64,000 bases of DNA from Monocercomonoides exilis PA203 (GCA_001643675.2 LSRY02000003.1:992001-1056000), one strand, 5' to 3'; shown: positions 48,801 to 62,950, numbered from the stretch's first letter. Program-made: numbers and translations. Notes: generated by a model from the letters alone, not told the origin.

Positions 48801-51690
48801 GGGTCATTATTTTTCTTATCGAAACTTTGTTCGAAGAAAGATCTTTTCTTTCATAATTGTGGTATGAAATGAAAAAAGTGAAAAACACATGTTTATAATT
48901 GAATAGAAAAAGAATGGTGATAGAATTACAAAAAAAATAAGTGAGATTGAGAAAATCGAGATAATTCCATAATAGGATTTATTTTTTCAGAATTTTCTAA
49001 TGTTAAAATTATTTAACATCACGACTCCTTACAAGTCCAGTTATTGTATTAAAATACTTATAATTTGAGTGTGATTTAATGATATTACTTTTTTATATGC
49101 TTCAAATCACTTATCATTTGAAAATAATTGTTTTATTGATTTATAAAATTTCTAAGCGAAATTGGTGAAATTATTCTTTTGTGCAATATTTTTCAAGACT
49201 TTTTATGTATTTACGAACTTTTTGAATTCAATTTTGGACGAATTGTGATATTATAACGATGTGATGATGCAGCAAATCTTTTGCGATGTGAAATAGAGCT
49301 TACAGATTTTAAAATGAATTTTCGATTTTTTTTGAGACGAAAAAGGAAGAAAATGAAAATTTTTAAAGGACAAAAACAATAAGAGGAGTTGGTTCTTTTC
49401 ATTTTTTAATTTTTAAAAGGATTTAATTTTTATTTATGTTTTATCATTTAGATATTAGGATCTTTTTTCAAATGTTTTCAGCCAATTGGCACACACGAAA
49501 TGAAAAAAAAGGAAAGGAGATGAGAAATTTTGTGAGGAATTAAAGGAACAAATCGGTTGAGTTGAAGTGGATTGAGCTGATTGGAGATGAAATTTGGAGA
49601 ATTGTGTGTGGTTTGAGAGGAAGTATGGTTGTGATGAAGGGAGTGTGTTGTGGAGATGGGGAGAGGCAAGGAGGCAGGGGTGTTTGAGCTGGGCGGGTGT
49701 CGAGGGGTGTTTTGGAACATCACGCTGAAAAGGTTTAAAAGGGGAGGAAATGTGTGTGGGAGACTGTTTGGAGGAGAGGGGAGGATGGGGCAGACGAGGA
49801 GTGAGAGAGAAGGCGGAGGAGGAAGAGGAAGAGGTGAAGGAGGAGAGAGAGGAGGACCACGAGAAGGTGGAGGAAGAGGAGGAGAATGAAGAGGAGAAGG
49901 AAGAGAAGAAGAAAGTGAAGGAGGAGGGAATGTATTTGTGTGTGAGTCAGATTTCTCATCTTTTTATATTTCATCAGCCCCATTTCTGTCGCCTCCCTTG
50001 ACACCCCTTGTATCTCTTTCCAAACTGACCTTCTTCAACATCTCGACAAATCCACAGAAAACAAGACAACTGGCTGAAGGGCCGAGCCAAACCTCGTTTT
50101 TGATGAGTGGATGTGAATTTTCATCGGTGTGGGATGTTTATGATGGGGGCATTGTCCCTTCACTGAACAGCCCCTCATCATCCTTGTCTGCCTCGAACAC
50201 CTCGTTTGTCGGATGCTATCGGTCTCAGAATGTTGCAATCAGCGGGAGTGAAGGAAATCCATCGAAGCCAGCGAGACAGAATCAGACAGACGATGGGGCG
50301 AATTCTTTCACTTGGTGTGTGTGGAACGGCACAAAAACCACTGGGACAAGTAATTCTTATACAGATGGAGTTTCGAGTGGAGGGGCGATTAATATGTATA
50401 ACAAAGCATCGGGAACGGTTTCAGTGAAATTTTGTTCGTTCAATGACTGCAATGCAGACTTTGCTGAGGGAGAAATAATGTGCTATATAATCAATTCAGT
50501 CAAGATTGAGAACAATTCGTTCAATGCATGTTCTGCTCAAAATCGTTATGGAGGAGGGATGTATGTTAATTCTATTTCGTCATGTGTCAATATCAGTGGT
50601 TGCAAATTCCAGAAATGCAAAGCATATTGTGATGGAGGAAGGTTTTTTTTGTCAACTTTTCAGGTTTCTGGAGCAGACTGAATAGGAACAATAAATAAGT
50701 CAAACGTTTGTGAATGAAACGAAGTTTTGCAATAAAGTAAATTCTTTTTTTTTGGATTTCATTGATTTAACATATTTTTCCTCACCTTTTTTGTTTGTTT
50801 TATCTATTTTTCTTCATTTCACATGTTCATTGATCAATGAAAATAGAAAAATTGCTGCAGCAAGTTATATGTTATAAGAAACATCAAAATAATGTTTTTT
50901 GTTTTATAAGTTCTTCTATCAAATATATCAAAAACATGTTGATCTCATAAGAAAACAGATAAATGGATTATCTCATCAACATAAATAAAGTGTTAATATC
51001 AAAAATAATGAACTTTTTCATAAAAATTAATAATGTTCAATGATTGAAATAAAGAAAAAGCAAAAAACGATGAAAAATAAAATAACATCTTTATTTGACT
51101 TTGCTGTCTCTTTTCAATATTTATCCAAAATGATCGTAATGATAATATGTAATTATCAAGATTTGACCTCACTTTCATCTGATTACTCGTTTCATCATTG
51201 AAAAAAACAAAACATTTATTTTCATGAACACTTTGTAACTTTCGAACATCTCTATTCGTTCAAAATTGAATTCAAAAAGTTCGTAAATACATAAAAAGTC
51301 TTGAAAAATATTGCACAAAAGAATAATTTCACCAATTTCGCTTAGAAATTTTATAAATCAATAAAACAATTATTTTCAAATGATAAGTGATTTGAAGCAT
51401 ATAAAAAAGTAATATCATTAAATCACACTCAAATTATAAGTATTTTAATACAATAACTGGACTTGTAAGGAGTCGTGATGTTAAATAATTTTAACATTAG
51501 AAAATTCTGAAAAAATAAATCCTATTATGGAATTATCTCGATTTTCTCAATCTCACTTATTTTTTTTGTAATTCTATCACCATTCTTTTTCTATTCAATT
51601 ATAAACATGTGTTTTTCACTTTTTTCATTTCATACCACAATTATGAAAGAAAAGATCTTTCTTCGAACAAAGTTTCGATAAGAAAAATAA
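48801..51690. mobile_element. Long-TIR non-autonomous element A2 (same family as element A) with surface-protein cargo
   Basis: ~430-bp apparently identical inverted repeats 48807-49236 / 51261-51690. Left terminus GGGTCATTATTTTTC; the right end lacks the last few bases. Confidence 0.8.
49480..50681 (+). pseudogene. 5' fragment of a beta-helix surface-protein gene (cargo of element A2)
   Basis: DGGIVPSLNSPSSSLSASNTSF and NSFTWCVWN...GGAI match DGTILPNLNSPSTSLSAFNASF and HRFEWCEWN...GGAL of the 8496 protein; truncated and frameshifted. Confidence 0.8.
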
Positions 51691-51869
51691 AAAAATATTA
51701 TTTTTTAATTTTTTAATTTTAGTGAAAAGATCTGGCGTTTTTTGTTTTATTTTTCAGATCAAAGACTTGCTCATATTTCAATGAGCTTTTTGTTTTGAGA
51801 TTTTTAAGTGTTGTTATTGTTATTGAACATAACTTCTTTAATTTTTTGATAATTTTTCATTGTTTAACA

Positions 51870-54800
51870 TAGGCCTTTGCGACAAGGTATTATTTCGCGA
51901 TGCGTGTCGGTCGATAGAATGAACCTGTGTCGAGGATTTTTTTTTTTTTTTTTTTTGATGAGAGAAAAAAGGATTCTTTTTTTATCTAATTAATCTGTAA
52001 TTTTCAACTTGTGTCTGAATTTCTTTCTGACTGAAAAATCCCATTTTTTCATGATCAAACAATAAAATTTGACTTTTTCGATAGTTATTTGTTGATTAAA
52101 CGACAACTTAGAGGGCAAATAATTAAAATAGCAAAATTTAGAAAATAAAACTGTTTATTAACAATGGAAGATGAAACAAAAACACAAAAATTTTTTATCA
52201 AACCAAAAATAAAAAAGAAATTGAAGTGTGATGGCAATTGTCAGATCTTTGAATATTTATAGTGTAAGTTCAGACAATTGAGTTATATAAAGTGAAGAAA
52301 ATTGAGGCTATGCTATTTATTTTTATTTCATTCTATCTGTTAATATATTTCTGCATCTTTCAATTATCTTCATTTAACGCTGTAAATAGACTATAGTCAG
52401 TTCATAACAAAAAAATTGATTTAAAACATGCATATGCAATTGAAAGTTGATGAGTTGAAGCAAAAATTGAAAAAAAGTATTTCTGTTATTTAAAGAAGCA
52501 GTAGAAAAAGACGAGTTGTTAACGTCACAGAGCATCATCCTGTTGCTCTTCATTCACTCCTTCCCGTCCTCTTTGTCAGCGCTGTTGTATGTCTCAAAAG
52601 AAAGAGACTAGATGCCCTACACATTGCCGAACATGACTCACTCTTATTCAGACATCCACTTCCGCTAGCTTTAAACAGGCCATGCAGATCTTTCAGGAGA
52701 AAAAGAAGGCAGAGACGTAGAAGAAAAAGACTGGAACATTACTGTCTGTTGGAGTTGGTGTTATAATTGTTGGGGCAAAAGCTGAAATAATGAAAATGAT
52801 ATTGATGATGTGCTTATTGAAAATGTTGCTCCTGAAAGAGCTTTGTCGAATGTTTGAAGAGAATTGTTGAAGAAGAAGAAGCAACTAGAGTGAGAAAAAA
52901 AGGTGGATACGATAATTGCTGATTATTTTGTGTTAAGACTGCAGAATTTAATGGAAGCAATTCCTTAGAAAACAATGAAATGGACACAGTACATTGAGAA
53001 TGAAGACACCTTGAAAGAATTGATATAGATTGATAAAACGCAATTGCTGTTGATGAACAGATCGAACACTTTGACTGATTATTTTGTGCATATGTGTTTT
53101 TTGGGCGCTATCTGTGATTGGAGAAAGAATAGGAACATTGCAAGTTGCAGAAAGAACTTCAATCCTATGAAAAGTTGACTGAGAATCAAAAGTGGATTGA
53201 AGCAAAGCTGGAGTATCTAAAGATTCACTCCTAAAAGTTGCATCATTAACTTCCTCCTTATTTGATGCCAGTTCTCTTTCTCTCTCTTAAACTCTTCATC
53301 TTCATCTTCATCTTCCTCTGTATTTCGTCCTCTTCTTTCTCCAGCGCATTTCCGGACACCAGAAAGCGCTGCACATCTGTAAGCTGTATGCCACCTCAAT
53401 CTCTGCCATCTTCGTTAGCAACGCAGCTGTTTGACCCAGCGCCTCAATCTGCTTCTCATTCAGCAGCTTCCACATCTTTCTTCGGCTTGTAGTGAATCTC
53501 TGTAAACTTCTCGTCCTGCAGCCTTAACACTTCTTCTTTTTGCTCAAATCGAAGAAGGCTCTGCTCGGCCTCCTCCTTCTTCCGCTTCTTTGCAAGTTTC
53601 TTCTCTTCCTTCCTCAACTTCTGCTTTTCATGATCAACAATTCTCTTCTGTTCTTCCCTCTGAATCTTCTCAATGGACTTGTTTTCTTTCCCTTCTCTTT
53701 GCAGTCTCCAATTACTTCTGCTTCGCTTCCATTGTTGCATCTCTCTGTTTTTCCTTCTCTTTCTCTCGCTGTTTCTGAATCTCTCTTTTTCACTCAGCCA
53801 TTCGATCTCCTTCGTTCACTCACCCTGCTGCGAGCTGCCACAATCTGTTGTTTTTTGCGTCTTATTCGTCTTTCGAGTCATCTGCTTTTTCTTCATTTGT
53901 TTCTGTTTTGCCTTTTTTGTTCTTTGTGTCATCTTCTTCAATCGGTCTTGTAAACAAAGCATTTTCTCTTACCCCTCCCTCTGACCATTTCTTCCGCTCA
54001 ATCTTATCATTCCTCTTATTCCTTCAGAAGTGCTTGTTCATTGCGATTCCCCAGATCTCCGCAAATGAATACTTCACATTGTCTCTCATGCACTCGTCAT
54101 GTGTCTTCTGCTCTATCGTTTGCAGATTCCGCACATTCTCCTTCATGTCGCGCATCCTGCTGCTCCTCAGTCTCTGGCTGGTGTGCTGCCAGATCCAGCT
54201 CTCTCGCTTCCTTCTCACTCTTGCCAGCACATTCTGGATCTCACACTGCAACAATTAACGAAGCTGCTTCAACCCCACTTTCTGTCCGATGACAATTGTG
54301 TCCAGCATCCAAAGTCGAGTCGAATCGACGTTTGCAGATGCAGATGAGGGAGAAATTGAAGGTGATTGCAAAGAGATGTGTAAATCATGGATGAAAAAGA
54401 TGCAACAACGTTTGAAAAAGTTATAACGGGAGATGAAGATGGAAAAGGCAAAGAAGAAGAGGATGAATTTGATGATGAAGATGCACTGCTGTTTAGAGGG
54501 AAAGCCGTTTGAGGAAGAGTTTGTGTCTTTTATCGTGTCACTTCAGTTCTTGCCTTCAGTTGCTGATGCTACTGTTGTTAAATGAATAACTGATAACGCA
54601 GTTGAGTGCAGTAATAGATAGGTTTTGTTTTGCTATTTATGAATTTGCTTCGCTCAATGGAATAGACTTTTCGCAAGTCGACAACAAACTGAAAAGAGGT
54701 CGGCTCACAATATATTGTGCACATTGTGAATGTGATGCAGATAATATTGATGGAGAAAGTGTTTACGTTGAAGAAATAGCAGAAGGATGTGATGGTTGGT

Positions 54801-56013
54801 TTATTGAGGGAGAAGTGGTTTGAAGGTGAAGCTAAAGAAATAAATTAAAAATTTTTGCTGGAAATGTTTCTGTTGTTGTTGTTGTTGTTGTTGTTGTTGA
54901 AGCAATTGGATGTTTTGCAGGTTGTTTTGAACCTGAAAAAGCACTTCCTGTCACTGCAGCTGCGATTTGGACCAAAAATTATAGCAAAATTAGATGATGT
55001 TCTGGGATGTGATTGATGTGATTGATGTGACAGAAGAAGATGAAGAAGAAGAAGTTGGATTGGAAAGAGAAAAAGAGGAGATGTTGGAAAGAAACGAAGG
55101 AGAGGAGTTCATTAGAGGTGGAAGTGGAGGAAGAGAAGAAACAGAGGAAAGAACAAAAAAACAAAATAAATGATCACCTTACAGATTGCTTATCTTTTTT
55201 TTTCATAATGTTTTCAATGTTAATTCAGCTCTCTTTATCAAAATTGTGTGTTATTTCTTTCTCTTTTTTCCTGAATTACAATTGAATTCAAAACATCTCA
55301 GAATTTATGCTTCTTCATTTTATTCCAATTTGTGTGAGATGTTTGCGTGTTGCAATTGAATTATGATGTGTAAATTATCGCAAATAATGTTAAATCCTTA
55401 TCTTCAGTTTTGACAATTCAGTCAAACTTCATTACTTATCCATCTTATTTGACAATAAAATCAATTATTCCTACCAAACCTTAAGTGCATGTTCTCCCTT
55501 TTTTGACATCAAATTTGATGTTTGTTCACAAAACAAAAAATATGTGATTTTTATGGAATGCAATCAAAAACTGTTTTTTATTTATATCATTAATAACATT
55601 AACATTTGAAAGGAGATGAAATGTTTTGCAGAATGAGGTCTTGGACTGATTATAATATGTGTCAGACAGATAAACACTCAATTTCTTAAAAGAACAAAAA
55701 AATATTTCAAGTGATAAATGTCATTTTTAACAAAATTGCAATGAAAGTCAATATCTGAATAAAAAGAAATGTTTTCGAAAAAATCATATTTATTCGACAG
55801 ATAGATCTTTTCGAACGATTGATCTATGTAGTTCGACTGATCTCGACAAAGATCTGTCGATAACCCATTGAAATTATTAAATATCAATAAATTAAATATT
55901 TGTTTGTTGTTATCTTATAAAAAAAAAATAAATTAAAAAATAAAAAATAATTGAATAAAAATGGAAAAACTTAATCTTGATTTGTTGTTTTTCCGGTTAT
56001 CAAAAAAAAAAAA

Positions 56014-56046
<33 letters not shown>

Positions 56047-56124
56047 AAAAAATAAATTAGCTGACTGTTTTGTCGGTCGACTTGTCGAGCCATGAAGAAA
56101 ATGTCGGTCTGTCGCAAAGGCCTA
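51870..56124 (-). mobile_element. Non-autonomous hAT element with captured host sequence
   Basis: Perfect 15-bp TIR TAGGCCTTTGCGACA. Perfect 8-bp TSD GTTTAACA (51862-51869, 56125-56132). Subterminal CGAC repeats at 55790-55862 and 56060-56115. Confidence 0.92.
52500..55210 (-). pseudogene. Decayed coiled-coil host gene fragment(s) as hAT cargo
   Basis: Broken minus-strand ORFs 53456-53740 and 54024-54254, rich in E/K/R/Q heptads; multiple stops. Confidence 0.5.
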
Positions 56125-56174
56125 GTTTAACACTTCGTTTTTTTGTTATTTTTTTTACTTCACTAAATTTCAAC

Positions 56175-56460
56175 AAATTGGGAAAATTTTTTCACTTCAG
56201 GTATTTTCATTGAAAAAACATGCACTTTTCATTGACTTTCAGAGAACAAAAAACACAATAAAAATTTGTTCATTTTTTGGTATTCGTGAAATGTCAAGAA
56301 ACTTTATGTTTTTTTTTCAACGATGCCTGTTTTCTGAAATGAAAATCAAATTTTTTTTGAAATCTGAGAAAGTGAAATAAAGCTATGAGTGAAGCAATTT
56401 TTTAATGCCTTGTGCAAAAAAAGCTTGAAAGCCCGTATATTCCTCCAAATGGAAGATTTT
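56175..56460 (-). repeat. Diverged inverted copy of the 50-340 repeat
   Basis: Same colinear blocks as 50-340, on the opposite strand. Confidence 0.7.
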
Positions 56461-57463
56461 GTAATGATTATTGAGTTGCTTTGTTTTAAAATGTTCAAAA
56501 ATAGTTGAAAAAAGGATTGAAATGATCAACACAAAATTATTGAAATTGAACAATATGATTTGAAGCAATGGAAGTGAAAAAACGCAAAAACAAGTGTTTT
56601 TGAATTATAATCACGATAATAAAAATATAAAGATTTTCTTCCTTTTGCATATCTTTATTTATTGATAATTAATATGGGTGATTTTTTTTGATACAGTTTG
56701 TCCCAAAAAAAAGTTGATCTGTCCTTTTTTAATGTTGAGCATCCCGCAATGAATTAAAAATTAATTTCCCACATTCGCCTTTCGTCATAATTAACATTTT
56801 ATTTGCAAGGCGTTTAACTCTGTTTCAATAATAAAAGCAAGATTTATTGAACGTTTAAGTATTTTTCTTTGGATATATCAAGGGATGTTTGATTGCAATA
56901 CATTATTTATTCAGCTTTATCATTTTTGTTGTTTGTTAAGTTTTATTGTGAATCCATAACAGACTCACTTCTTTTCGAGTTATATTTTTATTCATAGGAA
57001 AGATAACTTTTATAAAATAATATGTCAATTCAGATATACTTTTTTTTTTATATTTTTTTCAAATATCAAATCAAGCGGATGGAATTTTCATGAAAAAAGG
57101 AAAACTGTGCAATCATTCTTATAACTGAATGCTAATTTGAATCTTTGTTTTTTAAAACAATTTTCAATACTGTCAATAATTCTCTTTTGAATCAACTGTT
57201 CATATTTTTTATTCTTTTTGATTAATTGTTTTTTATGACAATATTATATATGAATGTTTATGAATTTTTTTCTTCCTTTTGTTATATTTTGAGATTATAA
57301 AAAACCAACAAGCCAATTTACTTTGTTATTAATAAAGATCGTTGATTAAAATATAAGAAATAAAAACCAAATGATATGAGATAAAAAAATGATAAATATA
57401 AATCAAATTGAATCATTCTTTCGGTTATAAATGAAGTATGAATAAATAAGTGTAACGAAAAGG

Positions 57464-57771
57464 TTAAAGGTCTTTCTTTTCCAAAACCGGTGGCCATATT
57501 TCATTCTCAACATTTGCAATTGTTCTTCGCACTTCTCTTGCTGGTAAATCTTTGAAGGTCTCGATAAGCACGGAAATAAAATGATTTTCTCCTTTCAAGA
57601 TGAAAGAGCTTTCTTCTGTTCTTTTTTTCCAAAAACCAAAAACGTTTTCTATTGGATTTAGTATTGGTGAATAAGCTGCATTGTATAGCACATGATGACC
57701 GGCTTCCATAATTATTGCGTCTGAATCGAGATGATGTATTGAAGCGTTGTCCATCAGAATCACCGATGATC
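57464..57771 (-). pseudogene. Tc1/IS630 (DDE_3) transposase 3' part, split by the hAT insertion; upstream part continues at 63971-64000 and beyond the window
   Basis: VILMDNASIHH...VLYNAAYSPILNPIENVFGFWKK. Removing the hAT joins LLSIKVHG to SSVILMDN in frame. Confidence 0.88.
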
Positions 57772-58060
57772 TAAGCCTTTGCGACATACAGACTCTGTCA
57801 AATTGATTCGACAATTTGACCGACAATGAATTTCAAAACTCTTTTAAGAATCATTTATTTGGATAATTTGAAAAATTGGATAACATTTTATTTCAAATAT
57901 TTTTTAGCTCTATTTTATTTTATGAATAACAAAAATGAATAATAAAACCTGAAAATGCTAAAATATTTTTTTTGACGAATCGACAGATCTTTTCGACTTG
58001 ATCATGTCTAGATCAGTCTGTCTGTTGAGATCAGTCGGTTTGTCGAGATTATATGAAAAA

Positions 58061-61000
58061 ATGAGTGAAATGACTAAAAATGACTTTATCAAAGAATTGC
58101 CGATTGAATTACAAAAATGCGTGTCAGCGAAAAATATTGTTTGGCAATCTCATTTTATCCCAGCATGTATAATTATTTATTTTTTAAATATGATTCATCC
58201 TTGCAGCTTGAAGCGTTTGAAAGAAAAGTTGAGGAATTAAAGAACAATGAATGCACTTTCGTGGAATTTATTAGAACAAAATCATCCAATGGCGGAAATT
58301 GTATGTTTCTTATTAAATATCACTCAGATTAATTTGCATTTTTCTGCTTTAAAACAAGTCTTCAAACACCCAAACAATACTGGAGAAGAAATTGGAAAGA
58401 TTCATTTTGAAACATGTAATGGAAAGCTTTGGCTTTCATATACTCCTGTCAAGACAGATGGATCTCTTAAAAAAGATGGACATATTTATTTCTTGTGCCC
58501 AAACAGCAAACAAGGAATCAATTGTGCCATCTCCGGGCGAAAAGGATGCGATAAAGTTGTGAATCATCGATGCGCATTGACAACTGCATCAACAATTTTA
58601 CCATATTTCAAGTTTCATCCAATTTCAAGATTGTCTGAAGCGTCAGCAAAGAAAATTGTTCCAACTCATTTTCAATTTGATTCGTTGGTTGAGCAATATT
58701 TTCATTTAATTGGTCATTGCAACATTGCTTTTCTTTCTGCTTACTCCAATGAATTTAATAAATTTATATCTTCATTAATTATTGTATCTCAACATAATCC
58801 ATCTCTTTCACCTACAACCATATTTCCAACTCTCACATATAGAAAGCTGACAGCACTTATTCAAGAAGAAGGAAAGAAAAGAATTTCTGAACGAAATGCA
58901 AAAATATTCAATTCAATGGTTGCCGTAATGATGGACGGAGGGATAGTTGCTGGAAAAAAATACACTGTCATCACAATTGTTCCGTTGCAGACAAAGGCAT
59001 CTCCATTTTTCTGGAAAATTGAAAAGGCATGTTTCACAACCACTGATTATTTCAATCTGGCTAGTGATATTATTGGAGAAGTTTCGAATTTGAAAGGAGA
59101 AGTGCGCTGTTTTTGCACGGACGGCTTGCTTCCACAAAAACTCGCAATTCAAAGCTTTGCAGATCATTCGAAGTTGTGCTCAGACGAAGAAACACCGAAG
59201 AAAATTTCACCCATATTTGTTTACTGTTGTTACCACTTAATCAATCTAATTGTCATACGCCTTTTTAAGGATAATTCATTTTTCGTTCAATTAAAGGAAG
59301 AAATTACATCATTTTCAAAGTTAACAAGAAAATCATCAATAAAGAACCCGTTTTTACCGAAATGCCCTTCTTTCATAGAAACGAGGTGGCTTTGTCTTTT
59401 CGAAATATGTTGTTTTATAACAAAAAATCTTCACAATGCGTCATTTACAGATTTTTTATCCAAAGAAAAAATTGATGATGTGATCCGATGTGAATTATTA
59501 CTTGCACCTCTGAAACAACTGCAGTTATTATTTGAAAACGATGAAACAAAACTTGGCGATGTGTTTCCCAATGTTCTGAAATCCATTGCACAATACATGT
59601 GGTTGCAAGATCTTGAGGAATTTTCTTCCCCCGATTGGCAATATGGAGTTTGCTTTATTGTAATCCAACTGTTCAATTCATTTTTAGGGAAAGAACGAGG
59701 AGATCAAATCGCTTTGGCTCATTCCTTAACTCCAATTGGTATGCTTGAATATAGAAACGGTTTGCTTTCAGAGTCTTATTCAACAGAACTTATGACATTG
59801 AAAGAAAAATACAGGCTGTTCAAATGTTCATCTGCATTTTCAAAGGATTCAGATCAAACTCAAATTCAAAGGATGCGTTGCAACACATCTATTCAATCCA
59901 CAAAAGATTTTATGCCAAGTGACTCTGTCTTTCTTTGTCCTTCTAAAGAAATTCCAAATACTGTGTTCACAAAGAATCAATAGAAAAAGTTACGAACATT
60001 TTCTCATGTAATGGAAGATAAGAACAGCGAAAATGGATTTTTTACAGACAAACAATATGCGCTTTCATTTTTTTCAAAGAGTGAAAAAACTAAATTTCCA
60101 ACAAATTTTCCTCATCCAATATTCTCTTCTCCGTTATCGGTTGAGACTTTTTATTCTGCTCTCCAATTTATAAGCCCAGAAAAAGATAAAATAGCAGACG
60201 CAATTACTGAAACACAAGTTCAACTTCAGCCGCTTCCAAAAGATTTGCACTCCATATCATCGACTTCACCAATCTATACACCAAACAACAGATTGCCACA
60301 TTTATTAACTCTTTTGACAGAAAATTCACTGATTGAAAAAGAAGCAATTTCAAATGAAGATGAAAACCTTGATGAAATTGATTTCGACGAAGCAGGCATT
60401 ATTCAAGCAGAAAATAATGCAGCTGATGATGAATTCGAGGTTCATTCTCCTTTATGTGTTAGAAGTGAGTAAGAGTCATCATTTTACGAAACAAGAAAAA
60501 ACCATTCACTCCTTGAAGATCATGACATGCAATCAACTTCAACAAAAAAAGATGAAGACAAAAGCTCAGATAATGTTGAAAACACTTCAGAAGATGACAA
60601 AGACGTTGAAGAACTTGGCGCAAATGAATTTTCAGTCATTGATTGCACAATGTCAGCAGAACAAATCAAGAAATCTCTATTCAAAATCCAACAAACAATC
60701 AGTATGGATTGGTTTCTCAGATTAAAGTCAGCATTCAATGATTATCTTCTAAAAAGTAATGTCTGAAAGCTTCTTGCTATATTGAGAGCCTCAAAGCATT
60801 CTTTTCTTCAATTTTTCTGGACGACTCTCTGCACATGGAACATTATAATTCTCAAGTTTTCTATTATGAAATCAGCAAGCAAGGAATTATTCCAACAATT
60901 TTTGCCAATATTTGTTATTCTTTAACAATGTTTCCCTGTAGCGAAGCATCTTGTGAGAGAATTTTCTCTCGCTTAAGACGAATTATTGGAGACAGAAGGT

Positions 61001-61130
61001 ACTCGCTTTCACCAGAAACACTTAACGCATTGCTTCTTTTATAAAGAATCTTTTTGAAGATAAAAGATTTGAGAGCGAAAGCAATCCTTTCACTTTTCAG
61101 TGATGAGTTCGGAGAAATGTGTGAAACCTG
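58061..61130 (+). pseudogene. hAT-family transposase pseudogene
   Basis: Motifs VMMDGG, FCTDG, YCCYHLINL, ETRW and the dimerisation motif PCSEASCERIFSRLRRIIGDRRYSLSPETLNALL. In-frame stops at 59981, 60470, 60764 and 61042, plus a frameshift near 60830. Confidence 0.9.
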
Positions 61131-61959
61131 ATAATAATGCCTTCAAAATATTGCAGTTTTTTGAACAATGTTTGGATTTTTTTCCTTTTTAATTGTTTTT
61201 ATATTGACTTTTTTTATTTGACATCAATTTAAGCATAAAGCAATAAAGAAGAAGACAAATGAGTTACAAAAACAAGGCATGCTTTATTTTTTTATTGAAT
61301 CATCTGAAGACTGTGAATGAATGCTTGAAAATATATTTATTTATTAAAATAAAATAATAATCTTAGCTTTCACTTGCTATTCATCCAAATCGATGCGTTC
61401 AACAATGTTCGTTGAACTTTCGTTTCGAATTTGAACATTTTTCGTTCTACTAAATGACAAGTGATTTTTAAAACTGACAATAATTGCTGTGAGCCATGTA
61501 TTTTCTGAGATATTGTATTTTTTCATATCACCAAATCAAACGAACGTTTATTTGCAACAAAGAACACTTTTATTCATTCAGTTTTGTTATTTTTGTGTAT
61601 TTATCTTCGCAATATGTTTCAATTGTTTATTGACGTATATATATATGTGCAATTATTGTTTTCAATGTGTGAGAACAATTGAATAAAAATTAATGTCAGA
61701 AAGCAAAATTAAAAAAAATTAGAACTTCTCCAAGTTCAAAAGAAAGATTGGAAAACATGTCTCTAACTCGATAATTTCACCAAAAAAGAAAATCCACCAG
61801 GACATGTCATGTTAATATTAAAGGTGTGCTGTTATTGATACAAATTAATAATAAATAACAATAAAAATAAATTAATAAAGAAAATATTGTAAATCTTCTT
61901 GATAACTGTTGAAAATGACATAACTTTTTTGACGTTGTTCATTATTTTGAAATATCAGT

Positions 61960-62950
61960 TCCCTCTGTTATCTCGCAACCATCTCAAGAAACGGCTCATC
62001 AGTTACAATCTTCTTTGGTTTTTCTCCGAATCGTATCTCCAGCAACCTGTTTCACACCACCAAACGGGATTTCCAGCTCCACACACTCCTGCAGCATCAT
62101 CCCCATCGAAAACACAACCAACTTCTTTGTTTAATGCTTCTTCATCCCCTCCAGCAGCTCCAGCGTCCTCCGCCGCAAACTCTTAATTGATTGTCTGTTC
62201 CCTCAAATGCTGATGAAGGCAACTGTATGTTTCTCCATTCTTGTTGAACGCTGAGCAATCAGAGGAAGATGTGACAATGGCGGAGGTGGATGATGCAGAT
62301 GAGGAATCTGAGTCTGATGAGAAGTCCGAGTGGAGCGCAATGCAGATCACCCTGTGCTCTGACAGCAGCACGATGTGCGGGCTCAGGTTTCGCAAAGAGG
62401 GAAGTTCGTCTTCCTCAGCTTCAAGCGAGTGCAATGCTCCATTCGCCACCCAGAACAGGATCTGCGCACCTGTCGCCATCCTCTCCTCCACAGTCACGAT
62501 CGCCATCTCCTTCGTCTTGTTCCGCCCATGCAGCAGCATGAACAGCGAATCCCTCAGATCCACAATCAGCTTCTCATGAGGCGAAGAACATGCCATTGCA
62601 TCCACCAAGTTTGACATCGATGAGGTAGTAGGACACAGATCCTCTCCACGAACAAAAGTTGAATCTGAATCAGTTGAACATGTTGAAGAAATTGATGGTG
62701 ATGGTGTTCTCTTTCTTGTTTCATCATCATCTTCTTCCTTTTCCAATACCCATTCTGGGATCTAATCCGAGTTATTCCCCAAAATATCTTCTGTTGAGAA
62801 AATTTCGCTCAACAGATGTTCTGATGTCTCTGAATATTTAACATTTTTCTCACATATTCTCTACGATCCATTCATTATTTTTCTCTTCCACTTTGTCCTC
62901 CTTTCTCTTTTGAAACTTTTCCAGCATCATCTCCATCGCTACCACACAAT
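61960..62950 (-). pseudogene. Cytoplasmic pseudokinase-tail fragment of the 8496-type receptor family (hAT cargo)
   Basis: TPSPSISST...STFVRGEDLCPTTSSMSNLVDAMACSSPHEKLIVDLRDSLFMLLHGRN is nearly identical to the translation of 16670-17080; flanks degraded. Confidence 0.9.
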
